64,000 nt of DNA from Patescibacteria group bacterium (GCA_018816885.1 JAHIUS010000001.1:8028-72027); one strand, 5' to 3'. Shown: positions 1 through 10,405, counted from the stretch's first letter. Made by a program: numbers and translations. Notes: generated from the sequence alone by a model not told the origin.

Positions 1-264
1 GTGACGGATTGCTTCTGCTTGGCCTACTGATCCTCCTCCCAGAACTTTTGCCGATATGTCGAAGTCTTTATCTTTTTTTACAAGTTTTGCAGGTGATTTC
101 AGGATTTCCAAAAGGTCACTGGTTGGCAAGTAGTCTTTTGAGTCTTTTCCGTTTATGATGACTTTGCCGGTGCCTTTATATAGCCTGACTCTAGCGATTG
201 ATGTTTTTCTTTTACCGCATGCGTAGTAGTATTTTCCGCTGAATTTTACTGGTGAATCTGTCAT
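1..264 (-). CDS. rpsI: 30S ribosomal protein S9 (3' part runs off window)
   Basis: Manual translation from ATG at 264: MTDSPVKFSGKYYYACGKRKTSIARVRLYKGTGKVIING; follows rplM. Confidence 0.95.
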   Translation of the reverse strand, partial: MTDSPVKFSGKYYYACGKRKTSIARVRLYKGTGKVIINGKDSKDYLPTSDLLEILKSPAKLVKKDKDFDISAKVLGGGSVGQAEAIRH

Positions 265-273
265 GTTGATTTG

Positions 274-711
274 TTAGAGTTCGATTTTTTCAGGGTTTTG
301 GGCCTCCTGTCTGTGATTTGGGCCTGCATATACCTTTAATTTTGATAAAATGTGAGTCCTGAGTCTGTTTCTCGGGATCATGCCTTTTATGGCTTCTGTT
401 AAGATTTTCTCAGGTTTCTTTTGTAAAACTTTTTCCGCTGTTTCTCTTTTTATTCCTCCCGGGTATCCGCTGTGCCTGATGTACTCTTTTTGAGCCCATT
501 TGTTTCCTGAGAGCTTAATTTTATCTGCGTTTATGATTACGATGTAGTCTCCGCAGTCTATATGAGGGGAAAAAGTAGGCTTGTTTTTACCTCGCAGAAT
601 GTCTGCAATTTTTGTTGCCAGTCTTCCAACTGTTTTGTTTTCGGCATCTACCAGATACCATTTACGGTCTTTGTCGATTTCTTCCAGTTTTGGTGAGAAT
701 GTTTTGAACAT
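274..711 (-). CDS. rplM: 50S ribosomal protein L13
   Basis: WYLVDA...GRLA...LRGKNKP.FSPHIDCGD, HSGYPGG motifs. Confidence 0.99.
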   Translation of the reverse strand: MFKTFSPKLEEIDKDRKWYLVDAENKTVGRLATKIADILRGKNKPTFSPHIDCGDYIVIINADKIKLSGNKWAQKEYIRHSGYPGGIKRETAEKVLQKKPEKILTEAIKGMIPRNRLRTHILSKLKVYAGPNHRQEAQNPEKIEL

Positions 712-746
712 GTACTTAGATAATAGATAGTAGAATTGAGGCCCTG

Positions 747-1097
747 CTAGGTCAGTTGAACATATACCATTGGAGCGTTGTCGCCGTCTCGCGGACTTGT
801 TTTGATAAGACGAGTATAGCCGGAATTCTTATCGGTATATTTTTCCGCTATTACTTCCATAAGTTTTTTTGAAGTGTTTTTATCCTGCAAGTGTTTGTTT
901 AGAAGTCTTATTGCACTTACCTTGTCCTCTTTTTTTGCGTAATTGATCAATTTGTCGACGAATCCTCTCAGTATTTTTGCTCGGGTTTCCGTTGTTTTGA
1001 TCTGCTCATGCAGAATGAGTGATTGCGCGAGAGATCTTAGAAGTGCTTCTCTTCGGCTTTTTCCTATCCGGATTGTTCGTTTCTTATTGTGCTGCAT
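747..1097 (-). CDS. rplQ: 50S ribosomal protein L17
   Basis: IKTT..RAK, SGYTR, RDGDNAPM motifs; after rpoA. Confidence 0.98.
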   Translation of the reverse strand: MQHNKKRTIRIGKSRREALLRSLAQSLILHEQIKTTETRAKILRGFVDKLINYAKKEDKVSAIRLLNKHLQDKNTSKKLMEVIAEKYTDKNSGYTRLIKTSPRDGDNAPMVYVQLT

Positions 1098-1141
1098 TGT
1101 TTAGATAGTAGTTAGATGTGGAGGGCATGCGGCGACCTCTT

Positions 1142-2119
1142 TTATTCTTCTCCCGAAAGGGCTAGATCGCGGGTTTTTAGTGCGTCGCTTACTTCAGTTA
1201 AAGCTTTTTTCCCGAATCCCCTGAGATTATTGAGTTTGGATTCCGTACATTTGGTTAGTTGCTCGATAGATCCGATACCTCCATTGATTAGAGAATTGAG
1301 CGTTCTTGGTGAAAGCCCCAATATTTCTATCGGTGTGTACATTTCTTGAGATGGTTTGAGTGAATCTTCTTCGGCTGTTTTTTGTGCGATTTTTTCAAAA
1401 TCACTCATGAATTCCGCTTCAACGGGAACATCCGCTTTGTCGAATATTTCGAAATATGAGGTTAGAACATTTGCAGCGAATTTTACCGCATCTTCAGGTT
1501 CGAGGGAGCCGTTTGTTTCAATCTCCATTACGAGTTTGTCGAGATTTGTCATTTTTCCTACACGCGTTGCTTCGACATCGTATTTGATTTTTTTGACCGG
1601 GCCGAAAACGGCATCAACTTCAATCATCTCCGCATCTTGTCCGTCTTTTTTCTCCAAGGTTGCAGGTTTGTACCCCACTCCTTTTTCGACGAAGATTTCT
1701 ATATCGAGCTTAGTGCCTTTCTCGATTGTCGTAATATAAAGTTCTTTATTAAGAACTTTAACATCACCGGGAGCCTTGATTGATTTTGCAGTAACTTCTC
1801 CGGCTGCGTTGGCTGAAAGCGTCAGTATGGAAATTTCTGTTGTTTCTTTCTGTACATTGAGTTGTTTCAGATTCAATATGATGTCCAGTACGCTTTCTTT
1901 CACTCCTTTTATCGTAGTGTATTCGTGAGATACTCCTTTTATTTTTATTCCCGATACCGCCGCACCCGGAAGAGATGAAAGCATAACTCTTCTAAGAGCG
2001 TTTCCCAAGGTCATTCCGTATCCTGACGGAAGGGGACTTATCGTGACTATCGCGTAATGATCGTCTTTATGTTCGACGGTTATTTTTGGAAGTCCGATTT
2101 CTTCTTGGATAATGTGCAT
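1142..2119 (-). CDS. rpoA: RNA polymerase subunit alpha
   Basis: GYGMTLGNALRRVMLSSLPG; alpha-CTD LSPRTLNSL...GFGKK. Confidence 0.99.
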   Translation of the reverse strand: MHIIQEEIGLPKITVEHKDDHYAIVTISPLPSGYGMTLGNALRRVMLSSLPGAAVSGIKIKGVSHEYTTIKGVKESVLDIILNLKQLNVQKETTEISILTLSANAAGEVTAKSIKAPGDVKVLNKELYITTIEKGTKLDIEIFVEKGVGYKPATLEKKDGQDAEMIEVDAVFGPVKKIKYDVEATRVGKMTNLDKLVMEIETNGSLEPEDAVKFAANVLTSYFEIFDKADVPVEAEFMSDFEKIAQKTAEEDSLKPSQEMYTPIEILGLSPRTLNSLINGGIGSIEQLTKCTESKLNNLRGFGKKALTEVSDALKTRDLALSGEE

Positions 2120-2162
2120 TTTTTAGGATTTAGGATGTAGGGTTTAGCTTAAGTTTTTATTT

Positions 2163-2780
2163 TTACTTCGAGTAGAACTCGACGATTAATTGTGTGTCGA
2201 TGCTTGATTCCGCATCATCTTTTCCGGGCATTGCGAGAATCTCGCCGCTTAGATTTCCTAAATCGACTTTTAGCCATTTCGGGCTTTTGAATTTCTTGTT
2301 TTCGGCAGCTTTTTTGAGTGCGGGGTGCTTTTTGCTTGCCGCTCTAGCTTCAAATTTATCACCAACTTTCACTTGGATTGAAGGTATATCAACTCGTCGG
2401 CCGTTTAGTTTGATATGACCGTGAGTTACTATTTGCCTTGCTTGTGTTCGCGATTCGGCCATTCCCGCTCGGTATATTACATTATCCAGTCTTGTTTCCA
2501 GAATTGTTAGCAGGGCAGGGCCGGTTGTCTCCTTACTCTTGTCAGCTTTTGTGTAATATAGGCGGAACTGGGTTTCGCTTATCCCGTAAATTCTTCGTGC
2601 TTTCTGTTTTGCCCTTAAGTGTCGACCGTACTCTGTTTGTTTGCTGAATCTACTTTTTCCAACTTGGCCGGGTGCGTAATTTCTTCTTGTTATTGCGCAT
2701 TTTTGGCCTTCACATCGCGAGCCTTTAAGAAAAAGTTTTTCTCCTTCGCGCCTACATTGTTTGCATTTGGGGGTTTTCAT
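2163..2780 (-). CDS. rpsD: 30S ribosomal protein S4
   Basis: CKQCRREGEKLFLKG.RC, LETRLDNVIYR, RQIVTHGH. Confidence 0.99.
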   Translation of the reverse strand: MKTPKCKQCRREGEKLFLKGSRCEGQKCAITRRNYAPGQVGKSRFSKQTEYGRHLRAKQKARRIYGISETQFRLYYTKADKSKETTGPALLTILETRLDNVIYRAGMAESRTQARQIVTHGHIKLNGRRVDIPSIQVKVGDKFEARAASKKHPALKKAAENKKFKSPKWLKVDLGNLSGEILAMPGKDDAESSIDTQLIVEFYSK

Positions 2781-2823
2781 ATATTTAGATACTAGATAGT
2801 AGATTGTAGATAGTATGCTTTGG

Positions 2824-3198
2824 TTAAACTCGGCGTGGTTTTTTTTGACGACATCCGTTATGAGGTATTGGCGTCGTATCGTGAATCGAATCTATGTCGA
2901 ATCCGTTGGCGATGAGTCCTCTTAATGCTTGTTCTCTTCCTGTTCCAACTCCCTTCATGAATACATCCAGCGCTTCCATCCCGTATAATTTAGCCTTGGT
3001 TGCTACATTTTCCGCTGCTACTTGTGCCGCATACGGTGTTGCTTTTTTAGCTCCTTTGAAGCCGTTTGCTCCTGCGCTACTCCAAGCGAGTACGCCTCCG
3101 CTTTCATCTGTTATTGTGATAATCGTGTTGTTAAAGCTGGCTTGTATATAAGCTCTGCCTTTTTGGATTGATCGTCTTTTTTTGGTTGATGGAGCCAT
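2824..3198 (-). CDS. rpsK: 30S ribosomal protein S11
   Basis: [29 protein letters not shown]. Confidence 0.99.
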   Translation of the reverse strand: MAPSTKKRRSIQKGRAYIQASFNNTIITITDESGGVLAWSSAGANGFKGAKKATPYAAQVAAENVATKAKLYGMEALDVFMKGVGTGREQALRGLIANGFDIDSIHDTTPIPHNGCRQKKPRRV

Positions 3199-3246
3199 AG
3201 TATGTAGTGAAGTAACGAAGTAGTATGTAGTGAAGTAACGATTATT

Positions 3247-3630
3247 TTATTTCTTTGTTTCTTTGCGACGGCCGCTTCCCATTGTGATTTTCTTTCCGCG
3301 CTTGGTTCTGGCGTTTGTTTTGGTCTTCTGTCCCCTTAACGGAAGCTTCCTTCTGTGTCTGTATCCACGATATGATCCGGTGTCCTGCAATCTTTTGATG
3401 TCCAGCGAAACCTTTCTTCTTAAATCACCTTCGGTTATTACGTTTTTTTCGATGTATTCTCTTAATTTGGCAACATCGTTTTCCGATAATTCTTGAACTT
3501 TAATGTCCTTGTTGATATTCAGGTAATCCAAAATTTTCGCACTGGCACTTCTGCCTATTCCTTCTATGTAGGTTAGGGCTGCTTCTATTCTTTTATCTTT
3601 TGGTAAGTTGATTCCGCAAATACGGGCCAT
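3247..3630 (-). CDS. rpsM: 30S ribosomal protein S13
   Basis: [33 protein letters not shown]. Confidence 0.99.
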   Translation of the reverse strand: MARICGINLPKDKRIEAALTYIEGIGRSASAKILDYLNINKDIKVQELSENDVAKLREYIEKNVITEGDLRRKVSLDIKRLQDTGSYRGYRHRRKLPLRGQKTKTNARTKRGKKITMGSGRRKETKK

Positions 3631-3648
3631 ATCAATGGTGGTTATTGG

Positions 3649-3762
3649 TTATCCTTGGCGTTGTTTATGTTTGGCTTTCTCGCAAATGATGCGAATTACA
3701 CCTTTGCGCTTGATTACTCTGCATTTGTCACAGATTTTTTTTACTGATGCTCGGACTTTCAT
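3649..3762 (-). CDS. rpmJ: 50S ribosomal protein L36 (Zn-ribbon type; below ORF-track cutoff)
   Basis: Manual translation [37 protein letters not shown]. Confidence 0.98.
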   Translation of the reverse strand: MKVRASVKKICDKCRVIKRKGVIRIICEKAKHKQRQG

Positions 3763-3825
3763 TTTATTTAGTTAGTAGAAGTAGTTGTAGTAGGGTATGG
3801 GGGCCTTCGGTTCTCGGTGATTTTT

Positions 3826-4107
3826 TTATTCTTGATTGTCGTCTTCCGGTTTTTCTTCTTGAGGCCTTGGCTTGCCGTCTTTGTGTCTATAAGTGATTCT
3901 TCCCTTGTTTAGGTCGTATGGAGTTAGTTCAAGCGTTACGCGGTCTCCCGGGAGAATGCGTATGTAGTTCATCCTCATCTTACCTGAAATGTGTGCTCTT
4001 AATGTGTGGTCACTTGGGTAATCGGGATCATCTATCCTCACTTCAAATACCGTATTTGGCAGACAACTTATTACTACTCCTTCAACTTGAATTACATCTT
4101 TAGCCAT
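3826..4107 (-). CDS. infA: Translation initiation factor IF-1 with acidic C-terminal extension
   Basis: [35 protein letters not shown]. Confidence 0.98.
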   Translation of the reverse strand: MAKDVIQVEGVVISCLPNTVFEVRIDDPDYPSDHTLRAHISGKMRMNYIRILPGDRVTLELTPYDLNKGRITYRHKDGKPRPQEEKPEDDNQE

Positions 4108-4165
4108 AAATTTTAAAACTTGTTTCTAACCTGTAAAGGGGAAATTTGTCACAAAAAGCTATTGG

Positions 4166-4194
4166 ATTTTAGAGTAAACTCCTCCTGATTTCAA
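4166..4194 (-). promoter_or_regulatory. sigma70-like promoter for infA-alpha operon
   Basis: Minus strand TTGAAA-17 bp-TAAAAT. Confidence 0.65.
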
Positions 4195-4217
4195 GGTCTT
4201 TTTCTCGATTTCGGAAA

Positions 4218-4973
4218 TTAGCTTGACAGGGTCAATATTTCATGGCCTTGTGGCGTTACAAGTATTGTGTGTTCAATTTGTATTGAAAGTGAGCCGTCCT
4301 TGGTTGCAATTGTCCAATTATCTTCGAGAGTCTTGGTATGCCTGGTTTTTTCTCCTATGATCGGCTCGATTGCAAGGGTCATGCCGGGTTTTAGGGCGGG
4401 GCCTTGTCCTTTTTTCCCAAAATTGTTGATTATCGGTGGTTCGTGCAGTTCTCTTCCGACGCCGTGACCTGTCAGATGTTTGATAATGTGGTATCCGGCT
4501 TGTTGAACTACGGATTGTATCGCAAAGCTTATATCTCCAACTCTTTTTCCGGGCTTGATTTCTTTTATCCCGGCCCGAAGTGCTTTTTCGCCTACCTTTA
4601 GAAGTCTTTCCGCTTTCGGATTATCTTTCCCTTTCACAATAAAGGATATGGTTGCATCTGTTATTAGTCCCTGAAGGGTCATGCCGCAGTCTATACTGAC
4701 GAGGTCTCCGGGTTTTAGCTCATATTTTCCGGGGATTGCATGTACAACTTGTTCGTTTACGGAAGAGCAGATTGCTCCGGGAAAGTTTCTATAGCCAAGA
4801 AATGTTGGAGTTGTTCCGTTTTCTTCGCATAGCCGGATGCAGAGTTCATTTAGTTCTTCTGTTTTTATTCCCGGCTTTGCCGCTTGTTTCAGTTTTTGCA
4901 AAGTTTCCGCGAGAATTTTGCCGCATCGGCGCATTATTTCTATCTCCTGTGAATTTTTTAGGGCATGGGGCAT
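4218..4973 (-). CDS. map: Type I methionine aminopeptidase
   Basis: CSSVNEQVVHAIP, DCG, GHGVG..LHEPP, AIEP, EHT; ATG lies within heptamer array. Confidence 0.97.
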   Translation of the reverse strand: MPHALKNSQEIEIMRRCGKILAETLQKLKQAAKPGIKTEELNELCIRLCEENGTTPTFLGYRNFPGAICSSVNEQVVHAIPGKYELKPGDLVSIDCGMTLQGLITDATISFIVKGKDNPKAERLLKVGEKALRAGIKEIKPGKRVGDISFAIQSVVQQAGYHIIKHLTGHGVGRELHEPPIINNFGKKGQGPALKPGMTLAIEPIIGEKTRHTKTLEDNWTIATKDGSLSIQIEHTILVTPQGHEILTLSS

Positions 4974-5042
4974 AGGGCATGGGGCATAGGGCAGAGGGCA
5001 TGCGGGCTTCGCCCTCTGCGGGTGCCCCGCCTTGGCGGGGCA
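4960..5042. repeat. Composite repeat: (RGGGCAT)-type heptamers + hairpin module A + hairpin module C
   Basis: agggcat ggggcat agggcat ggggcat agggcag agggcat gcgggc-ttc-gccctc, then tgccccgcc-tt-ggcggggca. Confidence 0.9.
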
Positions 5043-5675
5043 TTATTGTAGGTTGAGGCTGTTTTCGAGTAGCGTGTCGACTTCTTCGACTGAGCCTTCT
5101 CCGTTGATTTCGATCATTTTCCCTTCGGATTTGTATTTCTCGATTACGGGGAGGGTTTCGTTTTGGTAGGCCGTCAGGCGATTTTTTATAGAATCCGCAT
5201 TGTCGTCCGATCTTGTGATAAGTTCTCCGCCGCATTTTTCACAGGACTTTTCTTTGTAATCTGCCGGGTATACTTCTTTGCATTTACTGCAGATTCTTCT
5301 TGTGGTTAGCCTTTTCAGGGCTGTTTTTTCCGAAATTTTGATCAAAACTCCCATAAATTCTCTTCCTAATTTCTCCATTAGTGCGTTGAAAGATTCCGCT
5401 TGCTCCATTTTTCTGGGAATGCCGTCGAATATTACACTTTCCCCTTCCGGGATATTTTCTGCAAAGTTTTCAATAATTTCCATTACTATTTCGTTCGAAA
5501 CCAAATGTCCGGCTTCGATGATTTCTTTTACTTTTTCCCCTAATCCAGAGTCTTCCGAAGCGAGTTTGCGTAATTCCGCTCCTGTTTCAAAAACTTTCAG
5601 ATTGTGTCTTTCGGCTATGAGTTTGCCTTGAGTTCCTTTTCCGGAACCCTGCATGCCGAAGAAAACTAGATCCAT
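5043..5675 (-). CDS. adk: Adenylate kinase with Zn-binding lid
   Basis: GMQGSGKGTQ P-loop, DGIPR, CSKC...CEKC, RSDD. Confidence 0.96.
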   Translation of the reverse strand: MDLVFFGMQGSGKGTQGKLIAERHNLKVFETGAELRKLASEDSGLGEKVKEIIEAGHLVSNEIVMEIIENFAENIPEGESVIFDGIPRKMEQAESFNALMEKLGREFMGVLIKISEKTALKRLTTRRICSKCKEVYPADYKEKSCEKCGGELITRSDDNADSIKNRLTAYQNETLPVIEKYKSEGKMIEINGEGSVEEVDTLLENSLNLQ

Positions 5676-5710
5676 GATGGTAGGGGGTTAGGTTGTAGCG
5701 GCATACTATT

Positions 5711-7009
5711 TTAGTAAAACTTCTCGTAATTATGCATGATTAGTTGCGCGTTGATTTGCCTGATTAGCTCAAGTACAACTCCAACTACGATAATCATTCC
5801 GGCGCCGCTTATAAGCATAGGCACGGATCCTCCGGATGTTCCGGATAAAATTCTTTGAATGATTATTGGAGATATTGCTATTGTTGCTATAAAAATACCT
5901 CCGAAAAGGTTCATGTGGCTTGTTGTTTTTCTCAAGTATTCTGCTGTTTGTTTACCCGGTCTTATTCCGGGGATGAAGCCGCCTCTTTTTTGAATATTTT
6001 CCGCTACCTGATCCGGATTAAAGGTGATTGAAACATAAAAATAAGTGAATCCAATTACCAACAAGAAGTAACTGAGAATATATAATGGTGTTCCTACGGC
6101 AAGGTTGACTTGAATCCACTCACCGACAGTTATTAACCACGGAGATTCTCCATTCATCATGAATTGCCCCATAATTCCGGGGAATGTGATCATTGAAACT
6201 GCGAAGATGATTGGAATCATCCCGGCTTGATTGATTCTGATTGGAAGAGCGGCTTGTTCTCCGTGTGCTGATTTTTGATGTCCTGCGTAAGACACCGGTA
6301 TCATTCTACGTCCCTCTGTTATTAATACTATTATAATTGTCAAAATTAATGTGATGATAATTCCCGCTGTGAATGGCACTAATTTAGAGTTGTCCTCAGA
6401 CGCGAGTGCCAGTGCTTGTCCTGTTATCCCCGGTAGCCCCGAAACGATACCTGCAAAGATCAGAATTGATACTCCGTTGCTGATTCCTTTTTCCGTGATA
6501 AGCTCACCCAGCCACATAAGAACTACCGTTCCTGTTGAAACGGTAAGCATGATTGGCAGAATAACTGCCGGATCCGAGAGGTTCTGTATTATTTCAACTT
6601 GTGCTTGCGCATTGATAAGAAGAATCATTCCGTAAGACTGTACAAACGCGAGTGGGAATGTTGCCCATCTTGTATAGCTTGTGATTTTTTTTCTGCCTTG
6701 TTCACCTTGTTTTGATAATTGTTCTAATTTAGGCACAATCACTGTTAGCAGCTGCATTATGATTACAGCATTGATATAAGGGGAAAGTCCCAGCAATACA
6801 ATCGAGAAGTTTCTTGCGCTTCCCCCCGTCAGCATACTGAATGCTCCAAGGATTTTATTTCTGTCAAAAACCGATTGAAGTGCTTCTAAATTGACTCCCG
6901 GTATTGTTATATGTGCAAGGGCTCTATATATAACTATTGCCAATAAAGTAAAAAGTATTTTATTTCTTAGGTCTTTGGCTTGGAATATTTGTTTTAGGTA
7001 TTTGAGCAT
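5711..7009 (-). CDS. secY: Preprotein translocase SecY
   Basis: LGLSPYINA, WLGELITEKGISNG, GMIPIIFA, FIPGIRPG. Confidence 0.99.
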   Translation of the reverse strand: MLKYLKQIFQAKDLRNKILFTLLAIVIYRALAHITIPGVNLEALQSVFDRNKILGAFSMLTGGSARNFSIVLLGLSPYINAVIIMQLLTVIVPKLEQLSKQGEQGRKKITSYTRWATFPLAFVQSYGMILLINAQAQVEIIQNLSDPAVILPIMLTVSTGTVVLMWLGELITEKGISNGVSILIFAGIVSGLPGITGQALALASEDNSKLVPFTAGIIITLILTIIIVLITEGRRMIPVSYAGHQKSAHGEQAALPIRINQAGMIPIIFAVSMITFPGIMGQFMMNGESPWLITVGEWIQVNLAVGTPLYILSYFLLVIGFTYFYVSITFNPDQVAENIQKRGGFIPGIRPGKQTAEYLRKTTSHMNLFGGIFIATIAISPIIIQRILSGTSGGSVPMLISGAGMIIVVGVVLELIRQINAQLIMHNYEKFY

Positions 7010-7051
7010 GTACTAGGGTTTAGTGGGGCATAGGGTATTGTCGGGGCGGGA

Positions 7052-7549
7052 CTATTTCTTTTTGGCTTTTTTCTTTTCGGTGATTATTGCTTTTCGAGTT
7101 TTCTTTGGGTTCCCGAGAGCCTCTACTTTTCCGCCGGCAACTTCGATTTTTTTCTGTGCTGTTGCGGAAACACTTTCCACTGTTATTGTAAGTTTTTTGG
7201 AAAGCTCCCCTTGGCTTAAGATTTTTACCGGTTTTGTCGTGTTTTGAATTAGATTTTTCTTTTTAAGAGTCTCTTTGTTTACTTCTGCTCCCGACTTAAA
7301 AACTTCTAAATCTTTTACATTTATAATTTGATATCTAACCTTGTTTGGGCTTTTAAAGCCTTTGAGTTTAGGCATCTTCCTTATCAGAGGCGTTTGTCCT
7401 CCTTCGAATCCAGGCCTTCTTTTTCCGCCGCTTCTTGCGCTTTGGCCTTTCATCCCACGGCCTGAATATGTTCCTTGGCCTGATCCGTTTCCACGACCAA
7501 TTCTTTTCTTGGTTTTCTTGATGGTCGGTTTTATTGTGTTTTGTTTCAT
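7052..7549 (-). CDS. rplO: 50S ribosomal protein L15
   Basis: RIGRGNGSG.G..SGRG.KGQ.ARSG, FEGGQTPL. Confidence 0.99.
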   Translation of the reverse strand: MKQNTIKPTIKKTKKRIGRGNGSGQGTYSGRGMKGQSARSGGKRRPGFEGGQTPLIRKMPKLKGFKSPNKVRYQIINVKDLEVFKSGAEVNKETLKKKNLIQNTTKPVKILSQGELSKKLTITVESVSATAQKKIEVAGGKVEALGNPKKTRKAIITEKKKAKKK

Positions 7550-7563
7550 AGACTTAGTTTGTT

Positions 7564-7596
7564 AGGGCTGGGCATGCGGGCTTCGCCCTCGGTGGA
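7564..7596. repeat. Hairpin module A copy between rpsE and rplO
   Basis: gggcatgcgggcttcgccctcggtgga abutting rpsE stop codon. Confidence 0.85.
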
Positions 7597-8178
7597 TTAT
7601 TTTGTTGCTACCTTTTTTTTTGGAGTTTTAGGTTCCTCTATTTTAGGCTTGGGTTCCTCTTTTTCAGTAGTTTCTTGTTTTGGTTCAACTGCTTTCTTTT
7701 TGTCCTCCCTGTATCTTAGCGCTTTTAGTGCTTCATATGTAGCTTTTGTGCAGTTTAATTTGTTGTTTGAGCCCAATGATTTCGAAAGAATATTCTTTAT
7801 TCCTGCAAGTTCCACTACTTTTCGGACTGCTCCTCCTGCAATAATTCCGGTACCTTCTCCCGCAGGAATTAGAAGTACTTTTGCGCTTTTGAATTTTGTT
7901 TGAATTCTATGAGGTACGGTTGACTGGAAAGAGTTTATTGTTATTAGATTCTTTTTTGCTTTTGCTACAGCTTTCTTGATTGCTCCTTGAACTTCCGTTG
8001 ATTTGCCGATGCCTATTCCAACTCTCTTTTTGCGGTCTCCTATTACTACTGTTGCTCGGAAGCGAAGCCTTCGTCCTCCTTTTACAACACGAGTTACGCG
8101 ATCTATTTGAATTACTTCTTCATCGAATTCCTTGTTTTCTATTTTCGGTCCTCTTTTTTTGTCGAATGATTTTTTCAT
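7597..8178 (-). CDS. rpsE: 30S ribosomal protein S5 with Lys/Glu/Pro-rich tail
   Basis: RVTRVVKGGRR.RF, GTGIIAGG, SKSLGSNN. Confidence 0.99.
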   Translation of the reverse strand: MKKSFDKKRGPKIENKEFDEEVIQIDRVTRVVKGGRRLRFRATVVIGDRKKRVGIGIGKSTEVQGAIKKAVAKAKKNLITINSFQSTVPHRIQTKFKSAKVLLIPAGEGTGIIAGGAVRKVVELAGIKNILSKSLGSNNKLNCTKATYEALKALRYREDKKKAVEPKQETTEKEEPKPKIEEPKTPKKKVATK

Positions 8179-8193
8179 ATGTATTGAGTATTG

Positions 8194-8535
8194 TTAGAAT
8201 TTTAAACCTGCTTCTCGAGCACCGTCGGCTATTGCTTTAATGCGACCGTGGTATTTGTAGCCGTTTCTGTCGAAGACACATTCTTCAATTTTCTTCTCCA
8301 AAGCTATTTTCCCGATAGCTTTTCCTGTTTCCGTGGCTTTTTCCAGCTTTGTACCTTTCTTGATTTTCAAGTCTGATGCGGCGCAGATTGTCGTACCTTT
8401 TTCATCGTCTATTAGTTGTGCGTATGTAGAATTTATGCTTCGAAATACGATTAATCTTGGTCTTTTTGCTGTTCCTTGTAGTTTGGCGCGCACTCGTACG
8501 TGCCTTCTTTTCCGTTGTTGTTTCTTGGTTGTCAT
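8194..8535 (-). CDS. rplR: 50S ribosomal protein L18
   Basis: [28 protein letters not shown]. Confidence 0.99.
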   Translation of the reverse strand: MTTKKQQRKRRHVRVRAKLQGTAKRPRLIVFRSINSTYAQLIDDEKGTTICAASDLKIKKGTKLEKATETGKAIGKIALEKKIEECVFDRNGYKYHGRIKAIADGAREAGLKF

Positions 8536-8559
8536 GTGGATTTTAATAGTTTATGGGTT

Positions 8560-9114
8560 TTAGCCTTCTCCTCCGGCTGCTTTACCGGATTTTCTTTGGA
8601 CTTTTTCTCCTTGGTACCTGATTCCTTTGCCTTTGTAGGGTTCAGGTTTTTTATATCCCCTTATTACTGCTGCTGTTTGTCCTACCTTTTCTTTATCTAT
8701 CCCCGAGATTGTTAGCAGGTTCTTATTTTCCTGATCTATTTCGATAGTTACTCCTTCGGGAGCTGTGTATTCGATGGGGTGTGAATATCCCAGATTTAAA
8801 ACCAGTTTTTTGCCTTGCAGTTGTGCTCTGTAACCTACGCCTTTGATCTCAAGTTTTTTCTCGAATCCTTCCGATGTTCCGGTGACCATGTTTTGGATTA
8901 AGGCTCTTGTCAGACCGTGAAGGCTGCGTGAAAATCTTTCATCATCATTCCGAGTTACAATTATTTCTTTATCTTTGATTTCAACATTTACTTTTTCGTG
9001 AGGGATTATCTTCAGTTCTCCTTTTGAGCCTTTGACAGTGATCTCTTTGTCTGAGCCCTGAGTAACAGTTACTCCGTTTGGTATTGTTATGGGTTGTTTT
9101 CCTATTCGTGACAT
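8560..9114 (-). CDS. rplF: 50S ribosomal protein L6 (start corrected to MSRIGK)
   Basis: MSRIGKQPI, GVGYRA, PEPYKGKGIRY. Confidence 0.98.
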   Translation of the reverse strand: MSRIGKQPITIPNGVTVTQGSDKEITVKGSKGELKIIPHEKVNVEIKDKEIIVTRNDDERFSRSLHGLTRALIQNMVTGTSEGFEKKLEIKGVGYRAQLQGKKLVLNLGYSHPIEYTAPEGVTIEIDQENKNLLTISGIDKEKVGQTAAVIRGYKKPEPYKGKGIRYQGEKVQRKSGKAAGGEG

Positions 9115-9145
9115 TGTTGGTTGGTTAGTATGGCCTGCGGCGGCT

Positions 9146-9529
9146 TTAGTATATTTCGCAGAGTAGTTCTCCTCCGACATTTTCTTTTCGGGCCTCATTA
9201 TCGGTCATTAATCCTTTTGGGGTTGATATTATCGCTATCCCGAGACCGTTAAGGATCCTTGGTATTTCACTTCTTTTTACATATATTCTTTGTCCGGGTT
9301 TTGAAATTCTTTTTAAATGTAATTTTTCTGCAGTTTTTGGAAGGGTAAGTGATATTTGTCGGAATTTACCGATTTTTTCTATCTTGATATCTTGTATGTA
9401 CCCTGTTTTCTTCATGATTTTTACAATCTCATTTTTCATGTTTGAATATGGGATCGATACGCTTTCCTTTGATGCGATGGAGGCGTTTCTTATCCTTGTT
9501 AGAAGGTCTGATATTGGATCTGTGTTCAT
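9146..9529 (-). CDS. rpsH: 30S ribosomal protein S8
   Basis: DPISDLLTRIRNA, SKPGQRIY, STPKGLMT, GGE. Confidence 0.99.
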   Translation of the reverse strand: MNTDPISDLLTRIRNASIASKESVSIPYSNMKNEIVKIMKKTGYIQDIKIEKIGKFRQISLTLPKTAEKLHLKRISKPGQRIYVKRSEIPRILNGLGIAIISTPKGLMTDNEARKENVGGELLCEIY

Positions 9530-9558
9530 TATTTAGTGGTAGTTAGTTGTAGTTGTGT

Positions 9559-9783
9559 TTACCAAGATGATTTTCTGACGCCCATTATTTCTCCTTTTTG
9601 AGCCAGTTCCCGGAAACAAATTCTGCATACTTCGAATCTTCTCATATATCCTTTTGGTCTTCCGCAGAGTTTGCATCTGTTGTAGACCCTTGTTGGCATT
9701 GTCGGTTTTTTACCTGCATTAAATGCTCTGTCGGCCGCCTTTTGCTTTTTATTACATTTTACTACTAGAGATGTTTTTGCCAT
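9559..9783 (-). CDS. rpsN: 30S ribosomal protein S14 (Zn-binding type Z)
   Basis: RCKLCGRP...[18 protein letters not shown]. Confidence 0.97.
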   Translation of the reverse strand: MAKTSLVVKCNKKQKAADRAFNAGKKPTMPTRVYNRCKLCGRPKGYMRRFEVCRICFRELAQKGEIMGVRKSSW

Positions 9784-9815
9784 TTGAATTATTTAGTTAG
9801 GGCGTAAGGTATGCA

Positions 9816-10391
9816 TTATTTTGTTGGTGGTTTAATTTCATCCTTGAAAGGGAAGCCAAGCTCTTTTAGTAGCAGATATCCTTCGTATGGAGTTTTTGCC
9901 GAGGTGTTTACCGTGATTTGAATTCCGTGTATCTTTTCCGTGTTTTCCAGGTTTACTTCAGGGAATATACTTACATCATTCATTCCAATATTGTAGTTTC
10001 CATTCTTGTCGAATCCTTTTGTGCTTATTCCTCGGAAATCTCTCATTCTTGGCATTACGACGTTTACCAGTTTGTTGATAAAGTCATACATTCTTTTTTT
10101 TCTCAGGGTGACGGTTAGTCCCACTGGCATTCCCTCTCTGAGCTTGAAGTTTGATATCGCTTTTTTCGATTTGTTTGTAATAGGTTTTTGCCCGGTGATG
10201 TCCTGCAGATTGTCTATGATAGGCTGAAAATCTTTATTTCCACTTCTGATCCAGCTACCTATACCTATGTTGATTTTAACTTTTTCCAGTTTTGGTATTG
10301 CGTGAACATTTTTTCGATTTAATTCAGTTTGAAGTTTTTTAACAACTTCTTTTTCGTATTGATCTTGTAATGTGGATTTTTTGCTAGTCAT
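9816..10391 (-). CDS. rplE: 50S ribosomal protein L5
   Basis: ITGQKP, ISNFKLREG, PRMRDFRG. Confidence 0.99.
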   Translation of the reverse strand: MTSKKSTLQDQYEKEVVKKLQTELNRKNVHAIPKLEKVKINIGIGSWIRSGNKDFQPIIDNLQDITGQKPITNKSKKAISNFKLREGMPVGLTVTLRKKRMYDFINKLVNVVMPRMRDFRGISTKGFDKNGNYNIGMNDVSIFPEVNLENTEKIHGIQITVNTSAKTPYEGYLLLKELGFPFKDEIKPPTK

Positions 10392-10405
10392 TGTTGTGAG
10401 TTAGT

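Noticed and set aside
9115..9198. Extended L6 N-terminus overlapping rpsH
   Set aside because: The canonical MSRIGK start is at 9114
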